A stretch of 64,000 bases of DNA from Gemmatimonadota bacterium (GTDB lineage: Bacteria; Gemmatimonadota; Gemmatimonadetes; Longimicrobiales; Gaopeijiaceae): positions 128,001-192,000 of the forward strand of contig JBDHHQ010000013.1 in NCBI GenBank assembly GCA_039589315.1, read 5' to 3'. The position numbers were made by a program, and so were the translations under genes. The notes beneath the pieces were generated by a model. That model searched no databases. It was not told where the DNA came from and saw only the letters and a list, made by a program, of their open reading frames with translations. Positions 19,091 through 27,940 of the stretch are shown piece by piece. Within the stretch, counting starts at the first letter, position 1, and each line of letters opens with the position of its first letter.

Positions 19091-19938
19091 GGGCCGGGCG
19101 TCTGCTGAGCGGCTTCGTTGTCGCCCTCGCGGCCGTCCCGGTCGCCACCATGCTGCGGTCGACGGGCGAGGTCCGGTCGCCAGGGCAGGCCGGGGCCGTC
19201 GCTCCCGCCAATACGTTGGCGTTCCGTGGTCTGGGAGATTGGAGCGACGGTGCGGCCCCACTGACCCAGATCCCCCATTACCCGTACGACGGCCGCTTCA
19301 CCTTCGTGCGAATCCGGTACTCGTCGGGCATGCAGCGCGGCTTTGGGCGAGGTCGGGGTCCGCTGTGGGCCCACGACTACCCGGTAGGCGAGATCAACTT
19401 CCTGAAGATTCTGACGGAGACCACCAACCTCGAAGCCGTGATGGAGGGGGGGAACGTCTTCAGCCTGGACGATCCGGAGCTGACCCGGTACCCCATCGCC
19501 TACCTGGTCGAGGTGGGCGCCTGGGCACCCAGCCCTGCCGAGGTCGAAGGCCTCAGGAACTTCCTCCTCAAGGGCGGCTTCCTGATCATCGACGATTTCC
19601 GGGGCGACTGGGAGCTCTACAACTTCCAGGAGCATATGCGTCGCGTGCTCCCTGGACACCAGATGGCCCAGCTCGACGTCTCGCATCCCATCTTCAACTC
19701 GTTCTTCCACATCGAGTCCCTGGACCTGGCCCCGCCCACCTTCCAGGGCTATCGGCCGGCGTACCTCGGCATTTTCGAGGAGAACGACCCCGAGAAGCGC
19801 CTCATGGTCATGATCAACTTCAACAACGACATCGGAGAGTACTGGGAGTACTCGGACCTGGGTTGGTACCCCATCGACCTCTCCAACGAGGCGTACAAGC
19901 TGGGGGTGAACTACATGATCTATGCCTTCACCCATTGA
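19087..19938 (+). CDS. DUF4159 domain protein (exported), copy 2
   Basis: FTFVRIRY..WAHDYP..YPIAYLVEVG..LRNFLLKGGFLIIDDF..HPIFNSFF..NNDIGEYWEY..GVNYMIYAFTH; clear paralog of 12252..13088. Confidence 0.88.
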   Translation: MRAGRLLSGFVVALAAVPVATMLRSTGEVRSPGQAGAVAPANTLAFRGLGDWSDGAAPLTQIPHYPYDGRFTFVRIRYSSGMQRGFGRGRGPLWAHDYPVGEINFLKILTETTNLEAVMEGGNVFSLDDPELTRYPIAYLVEVGAWAPSPAEVEGLRNFLLKGGFLIIDDFRGDWELYNFQEHMRRVLPGHQMAQLDVSHPIFNSFFHIESLDLAPPTFQGYRPAYLGIFEENDPEKRLMVMINFNNDIGEYWEYSDLGWYPIDLSNEAYKLGVNYMIYAFTH

Positions 19939-20082
19939 CGCGGGTGTGCGATCAGAATGTGAATTCTACTTATTGCCGTCGGAACCCGGACGAGCCCCGC
20001 TTGCGCCGGTAGGAAGCGCGAGATCGGGGCAGCATGAGCCAACAACTCTGCGTAAGCGGACTCTTCCATAGGAGCGTGAGAC

Positions 20083-21150
20083 GTGGCGTGGATCGAGGAT
20101 CCTTCACCGCAGCCGGGGCAGGACGGGTCGGACCAGGCCCTCGAGACTCCGGACGACATCGACCTGGCGGACCGGATGAAGGCCGGCCGGGAGCAGATCA
20201 TCACGGAGCTCCGGAAGCTCATCATCGGGCAGGAGGAGGTCATCGAGCAGGTCCTGCTCAGCTTGTTCGTGGGAGGTAACAGTCTCCTGGTGGGCGTACC
20301 GGGACTCGCGAAGACCCTGCTCATCCATACGATGGCCCGAGTCCTCGACCTGGAATTCTCCCGCATCCAGTTCACGCCGGACCTGATGCCCTCCGACATC
20401 ACCGGCACGGACATCATCCAGGAGGACCCCACTACCGGCCGCCGGGAGCTGGTCTTCCAGCAGGGACCGGTGTTCGCGAACATCGTCCTGGCTGACGAGA
20501 TCAACCGCACGCCGCCGAAGACCCAGGCTGCCCTCCTGGAGGCGATGCAGGAGCACCGCGTCACCGTCCAGGGCACCACGTACGAGCTCCCGGAGCCCTT
20601 CCACGTCTTCGCCACCCAGAATCCCATCGAGCTCGAGGGCACGTATCCCCTGCCCGAGGCACAGCTCGATCGCTTCATGTTCGAAATCGTCATCGAGCAC
20701 CTGTCCGAGGAGGAGGAGCTGGAGGTCGTCCGTACGACCACGGGCATCCTCGACCCCCGGTTCGGGCACGCGGTCACGGGTCCGGACCTGATGGCGTTCC
20801 AGCAGCTCGTGCGGCGCGTGCCGGTCAGCGAGGCCATCCTGCGGTATGCCGTGGCCTTGGCCCGGACCACCCGTCCGGGATCGAACGGCTCGACGCCCGA
20901 GTTCGTCGAGAAATGGGTGGCGTACGGCGCCAGCGTCCGGGCGGCCCAATACCTGATCCTGGGCGCGAAGGCCCGGGCCCTTACGCGCGGCCGGTATCAC
21001 GTGAGCTTCGATGACGTCCGGGCCCTGGCCCATCCGGTCTTGCGTCACCGCATACTGACGAACTTCCACGCCGAGTCGGAAGGCGTGACGACGGGAGACA
21101 TGGTGGATCAACTCCTCGAAGCCGTTCCCGTGCCGGCGTCGGGGATGTAG
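20083..21150 (+). CDS. moxR: MoxR family AAA+ ATPase
   Basis: GVPGLAKT Walker A; RIQFTPDLMPSDITG; LADEINRTPPKTQAALLEAMQE; ATQNPIELEGTYPLPEAQLDRF. Confidence 0.96.
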   Translation: MAWIEDPSPQPGQDGSDQALETPDDIDLADRMKAGREQIITELRKLIIGQEEVIEQVLLSLFVGGNSLLVGVPGLAKTLLIHTMARVLDLEFSRIQFTPDLMPSDITGTDIIQEDPTTGRRELVFQQGPVFANIVLADEINRTPPKTQAALLEAMQEHRVTVQGTTYELPEPFHVFATQNPIELEGTYPLPEAQLDRFMFEIVIEHLSEEEELEVVRTTTGILDPRFGHAVTGPDLMAFQQLVRRVPVSEAILRYAVALARTTRPGSNGSTPEFVEKWVAYGASVRAAQYLILGAKARALTRGRYHVSFDDVRALAHPVLRHRILTNFHAESEGVTTGDMVDQLLEAVPVPASGM

Positions 21151-21155
21151 CTCCG

Positions 21156-22076
21156 ATGGTCCCTCGACAGCAGCAGCGCACGCTGGCGCCGGCGTCCCGC
21201 TTCCTCGAGCCCGCGATCCTGGCACGGATCGACAACCTCGAGCTGCTGGCGCGGACGGTGGTCGACGGGTTTCTCCACGGCCTCCACCAGTCCCCCTACC
21301 TCGGGCTGTCCCTGGATTTCGCCGAGCACCGTGCGTACCAGCCCGGTGACGACATCCGACTCATCGACTGGCGTCTCTTCGCCCGCACGGACCGGCATTT
21401 CATCAAGCAATTCGAGGCGGAGACCAACGCCAATTTCGTTGTCATTCTAGATATCTCCCGTTCCATGAGCTACGGGAGCCAGGAGATCAGCAAGCTCGAC
21501 TACGCCAGATATCTGGCGGCTTGTCTCGCCTACTTCTCGCGCAGCCAGGGAGATCGCGTCGGCATCGTCACCTTCGACAATGAGATTGGTGAATACGTGC
21601 CGCCGTCACTCCGCCACCTCGACGTCCTTCTACACACGCTGGCCCGGGCCCAGGCCGGAGCCCCGGGCAGCCTCGCGCCCCTGCGGCGCATCGGGGAGAC
21701 CCTGAACCGACGGGGCATCCTGGTGGTCATCTCGGACCTCTATGAGGAGCCGGAGCGCGTGCTCCGGGCCATGAACGACCTGCGGCACCGGGGCCACGAC
21801 GTGTTGGTCTTCCACGTGATGGACCCGGCGGAACTGACCTTTCCCTTCGACAAGTCTTCGAGCTTCCAGGATCTGGAGACCGGCGAGGAGATCCCCGTCG
21901 TTCCGGACAAGCTTCGGGATGAGTATCGCTCCCTGATCCGCGGTCACATCGAGGGGCTCGAGCGCATGTTCACGGCCAATCGTATGGACTACGCCCTGCT
22001 GGACACCTCCGAGCCCCTCGACCACGCGTTGTTCAGATACCTGGCCACGCGGCAGCGGATGAGCAGGACACGCTGA
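21156..22076 (+). CDS. DUF58 domain protein (VWA-like)
   Basis: GLHQSPYLGLSLDFAEHRAYQPGDDIRLIDWRLFART; LDISRSM; VISDLY. Confidence 0.93.
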   Translation: MVPRQQQRTLAPASRFLEPAILARIDNLELLARTVVDGFLHGLHQSPYLGLSLDFAEHRAYQPGDDIRLIDWRLFARTDRHFIKQFEAETNANFVVILDISRSMSYGSQEISKLDYARYLAACLAYFSRSQGDRVGIVTFDNEIGEYVPPSLRHLDVLLHTLARAQAGAPGSLAPLRRIGETLNRRGILVVISDLYEEPERVLRAMNDLRHRGHDVLVFHVMDPAELTFPFDKSSSFQDLETGEEIPVVPDKLRDEYRSLIRGHIEGLERMFTANRMDYALLDTSEPLDHALFRYLATRQRMSRTR

Positions 22077-24199
22077 TGGGTCTCCAATTCCTCGTTCCGG
22101 CGTTTCTCGTAGGGCTCGCTGTCCTTGCCGTACCGGTCATCCTCCACCTCACCCGGCGACAGCGCAGCCGCGTGGTCGAGTTCCCGTCGCTCATGTTCCT
22201 CGAGCGCATCCCCTACCGCTCCATGCGGCGGCGGAAGATCCGGCACTGGCTCCTCCTGCTCGTACGGGCCAGCGCCCTCGTCCTGTTGGTGGCGGCCTTC
22301 GCTCGGCCCCTGTTCACGGGCGTCGACCTGGCGGCAGGGACGGTCCTCGGCCCCAGGGAGGTCGTGATCCTGCTGGACCGCTCGTACAGCATGTCCCACG
22401 GCGATCGCTGGGACGCCGCCACCGCCGCGGCCGCGGACGTGGTGACCGGCCTGCAGCCCATCGACCGAGCCAGCTTGATCTTCTTCGACGAGGGTGCTCA
22501 GGCGGCCACGCGGTCCGTCTCCGAGCCCGGGCGGCTCACCCGGGCCCTGGCCGAGGTCCGGGTGGGCTCCATGGGGACCCGGTACGGGCCTGCGCTCAAG
22601 CTGGCCGAGAGCATCCTCGCGGATTCGGACCTGCCGAACCAGGAGCTCTTCATCATCTCGGACTTCCAGCGAGCCGGTTGGAGCGGGGAGACCGACGTCC
22701 GGCTCCTCGCCAATGTCCGCGTCACGCCCGTTCCAGTGGGTGGCGCGGATGGCGATCCGGTCCCCGAGAATGTGACCGTCGCCGACCTGGAGCTACGCCG
22801 GGATCTGTTCAGCGGCCGGGAGCGGGTCACGGCCGCGGCGCGGCTCACCCGGGTGGGCGGCCAGGAACCGCGAGACGTCGAGGTGACGCTGTGGGTGGAT
22901 GGACGAGTACTCGAGGCGGCCGTGGCCACGCTCGACCGCGATGGAGCGGCGGGCGTCACCTTCGAGCCGTTCACCTTGCCCGGACCCTTCACCAGGGGCG
23001 AGGTGACGATCGAGGCGGACGCGCTGACGCCCGACGACGCCAGGAGGTTCGCCATCTCGCCCGGACGGGCCCGTTCGGTCCTGGTCGTGCGTGGCCCCTC
23101 TGCCGGCGGCCGGAGCACCCTCTACCTCGAGCGGGCGCTGGGCATCTCCCGAGGAGCCGGGTACCGGGTGGACGTGCGGGGCTCGGGCGCCCTGACCGCA
23201 GATCTGACCCAACGGAGCGTCGTGGTCCTGTCGGACACACCGCTCAGCGGACCCGCCGCGGACAACCTCCGCGGCTTTCTGGAGGCCGGCGGCGGCGCGC
23301 TGGTGGTGCTGGGAGAGTCCAGCCGGGTCGCCGCGGCGGCGGCGGGGCTGCTGCCCGCCACGGTGGGAGCCCCAGTGGATCGGCTGGAGGCCGGCCGGCT
23401 CGGGTACGTGGACTACAGCCACCCGGTCCTGGAGACCTTCGCGGGGCCCGATGGCGGCGACTTTTCCCGCGCCCGGTTCTATCGATACCGGGCGGTGACG
23501 CCGGTGGACAGCGCCCGCGTCCTGGCCCGCTACGACGACGGCCAGCCCGCCATGATCGAGGGAAAGGTCGGCCAGGGGCGCGTCATCGTCTGGTCGTCGT
23601 CCACGGACAACTTCTGGAACGACCTGGTCCTCCAGCCCCTCTTTCTACCGCTGCTCCATCAGACCGTGGCCTACCTGACCGGGCACGGCCCTGTCCCCGA
23701 GGCCTACGTGGCCGGCGACGTGCTGGATCTCGGGAACCCGGAGGCCCTGGGGCTACGGCCGACCGACGAGCTACCGACGGGCGCGCGCGTCGAGGACGAG
23801 CGCGTGGCGCTGACTCCGACCGGGCAGACGGTGACGATCGAGCCGGGCACCCGGGCGCTGCTGGATCTTCCGGAGCACGGGTTCTACCAGGTTCGTGCCC
23901 CTGGCTCCGAGGAGCCCAGGCCCGTTACCGTGGCGGTGAACGTGGACATCACGGAATCCGACCTGCGGGCCATGGACCCGGAGGAGCTGGTCCTGGCCCT
24001 CCAGGCGGCTCCGGTTACGGACGACGAGGGGCAGGTGGCTGGTGAGGCGGGTGTCGTGAGGGCTGAGGACCTGGAACGGCGGCAAGGATTCTGGCGCTTC
24101 CTTCTGATAGGGGCGTTCGTGCTTCTCGTTGTAGAGACCGTGATGTCGAACCGCCTTTCCCGGGGAAGGGCGTCAGAGGCGGGAGGTGTCCGTGCGTAG
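22076..24199 (+). CDS. BatA N-terminal domain plus VWA membrane protein
   Basis: FLVPAFLVGLAVLAVPVILHL..FPSLMFL..LLLLVR..AFARP; LLDRSYSM MIDAS; ISDFQ; C-terminal TM. Confidence 0.88.
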   Translation: MGLQFLVPAFLVGLAVLAVPVILHLTRRQRSRVVEFPSLMFLERIPYRSMRRRKIRHWLLLLVRASALVLLVAAFARPLFTGVDLAAGTVLGPREVVILLDRSYSMSHGDRWDAATAAAADVVTGLQPIDRASLIFFDEGAQAATRSVSEPGRLTRALAEVRVGSMGTRYGPALKLAESILADSDLPNQELFIISDFQRAGWSGETDVRLLANVRVTPVPVGGADGDPVPENVTVADLELRRDLFSGRERVTAAARLTRVGGQEPRDVEVTLWVDGRVLEAAVATLDRDGAAGVTFEPFTLPGPFTRGEVTIEADALTPDDARRFAISPGRARSVLVVRGPSAGGRSTLYLERALGISRGAGYRVDVRGSGALTADLTQRSVVVLSDTPLSGPAADNLRGFLEAGGGALVVLGESSRVAAAAAGLLPATVGAPVDRLEAGRLGYVDYSHPVLETFAGPDGGDFSRARFYRYRAVTPVDSARVLARYDDGQPAMIEGKVGQGRVIVWSSSTDNFWNDLVLQPLFLPLLHQTVAYLTGHGPVPEAYVAGDVLDLGNPEALGLRPTDELPTGARVEDERVALTPTGQTVTIEPGTRALLDLPEHGFYQVRAPGSEEPRPVTVAVNVDITESDLRAMDPEELVLALQAAPVTDDEGQVAGEAGVVRAEDLERRQGFWRFLLIGAFVLLVVETVMSNRLSRGRASEAGGVRA

Positions 24200-24200
24200 A

Positions 24201-27200
24201 ATGAACAGGAACGGCCACGCCCAGGTGCTGCGCGTGATTCGGCAGGTACGCCGGCGCTGGCGTCTGCGGGTCGCGCTGAGAGGCCTCGCGGTCGTGCTGG
24301 GGTTGGGGTTCGTGGCATTCGCCGCCTCGGCCCTGGGCATGGACTTCTTCCGTTTCACGCCCCGAGCCGTGACGGGCTTTCGGGTCCTCGCCTACGTGGC
24401 GCTCGTGGCGCTGGCCGTCTGGTTCCTCGTTCGCCCGCTGCTGCGCCGGGTCACCGACCAGCAGGTCGCCCTCTACCTCGAAGAGCACGAGCCCACGTTG
24501 GAGGCGGCCCTCCTGAGCGCCCTCGAGCTGGGCGACGGAGGGAACGCCGGGCACCCGTCGCCCGAGCTGTTGGGCCGGATGGTCCAACAAGCGGTGGACC
24601 GCTGTCGCGCCGTGGAGTACGGCCGGAGGGTCGAAGCCCACGGGCTTCAGCGGTCCACCGGCGTCCTCGCGGGCCTGGTGGCGCTGGTGGCGCTGGTCGT
24701 CGCGTTCGGCCCGGCTCCGCTGCGGAACGGCGTCTCCGCCCTGCTCTTCCCGGTACGGGACGCCGCGGCGGTGAACCCCTACTCCATCATCGTGCTTCCC
24801 GGCGACACCACCGTGGCACGGAACTCGGATCAGGCGGTGCTGGCCGAGCTGCACGGCTTCGAGTCGCCGGACGTGGCGCTGGTGACGAGGAGCACGGCCG
24901 ACAACACCTTCCGGCGGCTGTCCATGCTGCCCGCCGACTCGGGGCGGTTCGAGATCCTGCTCCTCGACGTGGCCGACGAGACGGAGTACTACGTGGAGTC
25001 CTCCGGCGTCCGCTCGGAGACGTTCACGATCGAGGTCGCGGACCTGCCCTACGTCGACGAGCTGAAGCTGGTCTACCACTTCCCGGCCTACACCGGTCTG
25101 GAGCCGCGAACCGTCGAAAACGGCGGCGACATCGCCGCTCTGGCCGGCACGCGGGTCGAGCTGCACGCGAAGCCGACGATCTCCACGCCTGCGGGTGTCC
25201 TCTGGGTGGACGAGGCGTCCCAGGAGCTCGAGCGGCAGGAGGACGGCAGCTTCGCCGGTCAGATCGTCGTGCGCCAGGACGGGTACTACCGCATCGAGCT
25301 CGCGGGGCCCAACGGGGACCCCGTGCCGGCGTCGCCCCAGTACACCATCGACGTACTGACCGACCAACCGCCCGCGATCTCCTTCAACACGCCGGGTCGC
25401 GACATCCAGGCGAGCCCCATCGACGAGGTCCTGGTGGAGGCTCGGGCAGACGACGACTTCGGCGTCGGGTCCCTGGACCTGATCTACTCGGTGAACGGTG
25501 AGCCCGAGGATACGGTGAACCTCTACCGGAAGAGCGGCGCCGGGCTCGCTGAGGTCGTGGCCACGCACACGTTCTTCCTCGAGGAGTGGGAGCTCGAGCC
25601 AGGAGACGTGATCTCGTACTACGCCACCGTGCGGGACAACAACGGCGGCAACGGCGAGGTGATCACCAGCGACCTCTACTTCATACAGGCTCGTCCCTTC
25701 GGGCGGGACTACCGGCAGGCCGACCAGGCAGGTGGGCCGCCGCAGGGGGGCGGCGGCGCGGCCCTGGAGGGGGCCCTGTCCGAGCTCCAGCGCCAGGTCA
25801 TCGCGGCCACCTTCAACCTGATTCGGGACCGCGAGTCCTACGACGAGGAATCGTTCCGCGAGAACCTCGTGAGCGTCGGCCTGGCCCAGGGCCGCTTGCG
25901 CGAGCAGGTCGAAACCCTGGCCCGGCGCATGGCGAACCGAGGCATCTTCGAGACCGACCCGCGCATGCGGGACATCGGCGAAGCCCTCCCGTTGGCCGCC
26001 GAGGCCATGAAGGAGGCCGAGGACCGTCTTGAAGAGCAGGCCCCGAAAGAGGCCCTTGGGCCAGAGCAGCGAGCCCTCCAGCTCGTGCTCAAAGCAGAGG
26101 AGACGTTCGAGCGAACGGTGGGAGAGGGCCAACAGGGCGGTGGTGGCGGTGGCGGCGCCCAGGCCGAGGAGCTGGCCGACCTGTTCGAGCTCGAGCTCGA
26201 CAAGCTGAAGAACCAGTACGAGACGGTTCAGCGCGGCCAGCAACAGCAGCAGGACAATCAGCTCGACGAGACGCTGGAGCGGCTGAAGGAGCTGGCCCGC
26301 CGCCAGCAGCAGGAGGCGGAGCGCCAACGCCGGCGGGCTGCCGCGGGCCAGCAGGGTGGAGGCGGCGGGGGTGACAGCCAACGCGCCCTGGCGGACGAGA
26401 CGGAGGAAGCGGCGCGCCAACTGGAGCGCTTGGCCCGGGAGACCCAGTCCCAGGACCTCATGGACGCGTCCCGAAGGCTCCAGGAGGCGGCCGACGCCAT
26501 GCGCCGGTCGGCCGGGTCCCAGGGCAACGCCTCCACCGCCGAGGCCACCTCGGCCCTGGACCGGCTGGAGGACGCCCAAAGGAGGCTCGAGGAGCAGCGC
26601 GACGCCCGGCTCCGGCGAGACGTTGCGGACGCCCGGCAGCGAGCCGAGGAGCTCGCCCGAGAGCAGGAACGGATGCGAGAGGACGTGGCGGACCTTCAGA
26701 GGGGCGGCTTCGGCGGCGTCCAGCAGCTCGAGCGCCTGATGGAGCGAAAGGACGCCATGTTCGAGGAGGTGGCGGATCTGGAGAGGCAGCTCGACCGAGC
26801 CGCCGCCGAGGCGCTCCGGGAAGATCAGCGGGAGGCGGCCGGCAAGATCCAGGAGGCGGCCGGCGGAATCCGCGACGACAAGCTGAAGGAGAAGATCCGG
26901 TTCTCCAAGGGCGTCGCCCAAGAGCGGGACGCCACCTATGCCGATGCCTTCGAGGAGCAGATCGCGCGGGACATCGAGCGTCTGGGTCAGCGTCTCGAAG
27001 ACGCGGAGGGGGCCATCGGCTCGGGACCCCGGGACCGCATGGCCGAGGCCCTGGACCGGACCCGCGAGCTGGTCCGGGGAATGGAGTCCATGGAGGAACG
27101 GCTCCGTCAGGGCGCGGGACAGCAGGGCGAGGAGCGTGGCCAGGCGGGACAGGATGGCCAACAGCCGGACGGGCAGCCGGGGGAAGGCCAACAGGGCCAA

Positions 27201-27809
27201 GGCCAACCAGGCGAAGGCCAACAGGGTGAGCGCCAGCAGGGCGAGGGCCAACAGGGCGGCGAGCAGGCCGGCGGCCAGCGGCGCCTGGAAGGCAGCGACC
27301 AGGCTGGCGGACGCCAAGGACGGGGCGGACAGCAGGCTCAGGGACAGCCCACGGGCGATCCCTCGGGCGGTCAGCCCGATCAGACCGGCGGGCGCCCCGA
27401 CGGCGGCGGCCCCCCGCCGCCGGGCGGTGGGTTTGGCGGTGACCGGCGAGCGGAGCTCTCACCCGATCAGGTCCGACAGTTCCGACGGGAAGCGGGCCGA
27501 AGGGAACAGGAGGCCCGGGAGCTCCGCAACCTGCTGCAGGAAGAGGGCCGAGAGGTCCAGGACCTCGATGACGTGATCGACTCCCTGGAGGCATTGCAAC
27601 GGACGCGTGTGTACGGCGATCCCGTGGAGCTGGCCCGCCTCCAGGACGAAGTGATCGAGGGTCTGCGCCGCTTCGAGTTCGCGCTGCGCCGTGAGCTGAC
27701 CGTTGACGGCGACCGGGTATTCCTCGGCGGGTCGGACGAAGTGCCCCCCGCCTATCGCGACCTCGTGGAGGAGTACTACCGGGCGCTGTCCCGGGATCCG
27801 GGCCGGTAG
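24201..27809 (+). CDS. DUF4175-like membrane-anchored protein with Ig-like region and long coiled coil
   Basis: Three N-terminal TM helices; FPAYTGL; ARADDDFGV; long Q/E/R/L heptad region; C-terminal VPPAYRDLVEEYYRALS; ATG 24201 (ORF open from 24186). Confidence 0.82.
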   Translation: MNRNGHAQVLRVIRQVRRRWRLRVALRGLAVVLGLGFVAFAASALGMDFFRFTPRAVTGFRVLAYVALVALAVWFLVRPLLRRVTDQQVALYLEEHEPTLEAALLSALELGDGGNAGHPSPELLGRMVQQAVDRCRAVEYGRRVEAHGLQRSTGVLAGLVALVALVVAFGPAPLRNGVSALLFPVRDAAAVNPYSIIVLPGDTTVARNSDQAVLAELHGFESPDVALVTRSTADNTFRRLSMLPADSGRFEILLLDVADETEYYVESSGVRSETFTIEVADLPYVDELKLVYHFPAYTGLEPRTVENGGDIAALAGTRVELHAKPTISTPAGVLWVDEASQELERQEDGSFAGQIVVRQDGYYRIELAGPNGDPVPASPQYTIDVLTDQPPAISFNTPGRDIQASPIDEVLVEARADDDFGVGSLDLIYSVNGEPEDTVNLYRKSGAGLAEVVATHTFFLEEWELEPGDVISYYATVRDNNGGNGEVITSDLYFIQARPFGRDYRQADQAGGPPQGGGGAALEGALSELQRQVIAATFNLIRDRESYDEESFRENLVSVGLAQGRLREQVETLARRMANRGIFETDPRMRDIGEALPLAAEAMKEAEDRLEEQAPKEALGPEQRALQLVLKAEETFERTVGEGQQGGGGGGGAQAEELADLFELELDKLKNQYETVQRGQQQQQDNQLDETLERLKELARRQQQEAERQRRRAAAGQQGGGGGGDSQRALADETEEAARQLERLARETQSQDLMDASRRLQEAADAMRRSAGSQGNASTAEATSALDRLEDAQRRLEEQRDARLRRDVADARQRAEELAREQERMREDVADLQRGGFGGVQQLERLMERKDAMFEEVADLERQLDRAAAEALREDQREAAGKIQEAAGGIRDDKLKEKIRFSKGVAQERDATYADAFEEQIARDIERLGQRLEDAEGAIGSGPRDRMAEALDRTRELVRGMESMEERLRQGAGQQGEERGQAGQDGQQPDGQPGEGQQGQGQPGEGQQGERQQGEGQQGGEQAGGQRRLEGSDQAGGRQGRGGQQAQGQPTGDPSGGQPDQTGGRPDGGGPPPPGGGFGGDRRAELSPDQVRQFRREAGRREQEARELRNLLQEEGREVQDLDDVIDSLEALQRTRVYGDPVELARLQDEVIEGLRRFEFALRRELTVDGDRVFLGGSDEVPPAYRDLVEEYYRALSRDPGR
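27111..27280 (+). repeat. Low-complexity Gly/Gln pentapeptide repeats (about 15-nt units) within the DUF4175-like gene
   Basis: GQPGE-GQQGQ-GQPGE-GQQGE-RQQGE-GQQGG; recurring ggccaacagggc. Confidence 0.75.
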
Positions 27810-27940
27810 CCGCGCCGGCGCCATCGCGCCGCGGGGGCCGGCCCGGCCCAAGGGCTGATCAGGCTTAGCTTTCGGCCTGTTCCGGCCGACGACCAGGGAG
27901 GAGGGTTTCCCGACCATCACTCCGTCCTGGTCCGTTCTCC

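Noticed and set aside
24015..27317. 1100-aa minus-strand ORF
   Set aside because: Antisense shadow of the DUF4175-like gene. High-GC codon bias suppresses stops on the opposite strand, and the product has no recognisable motifs.
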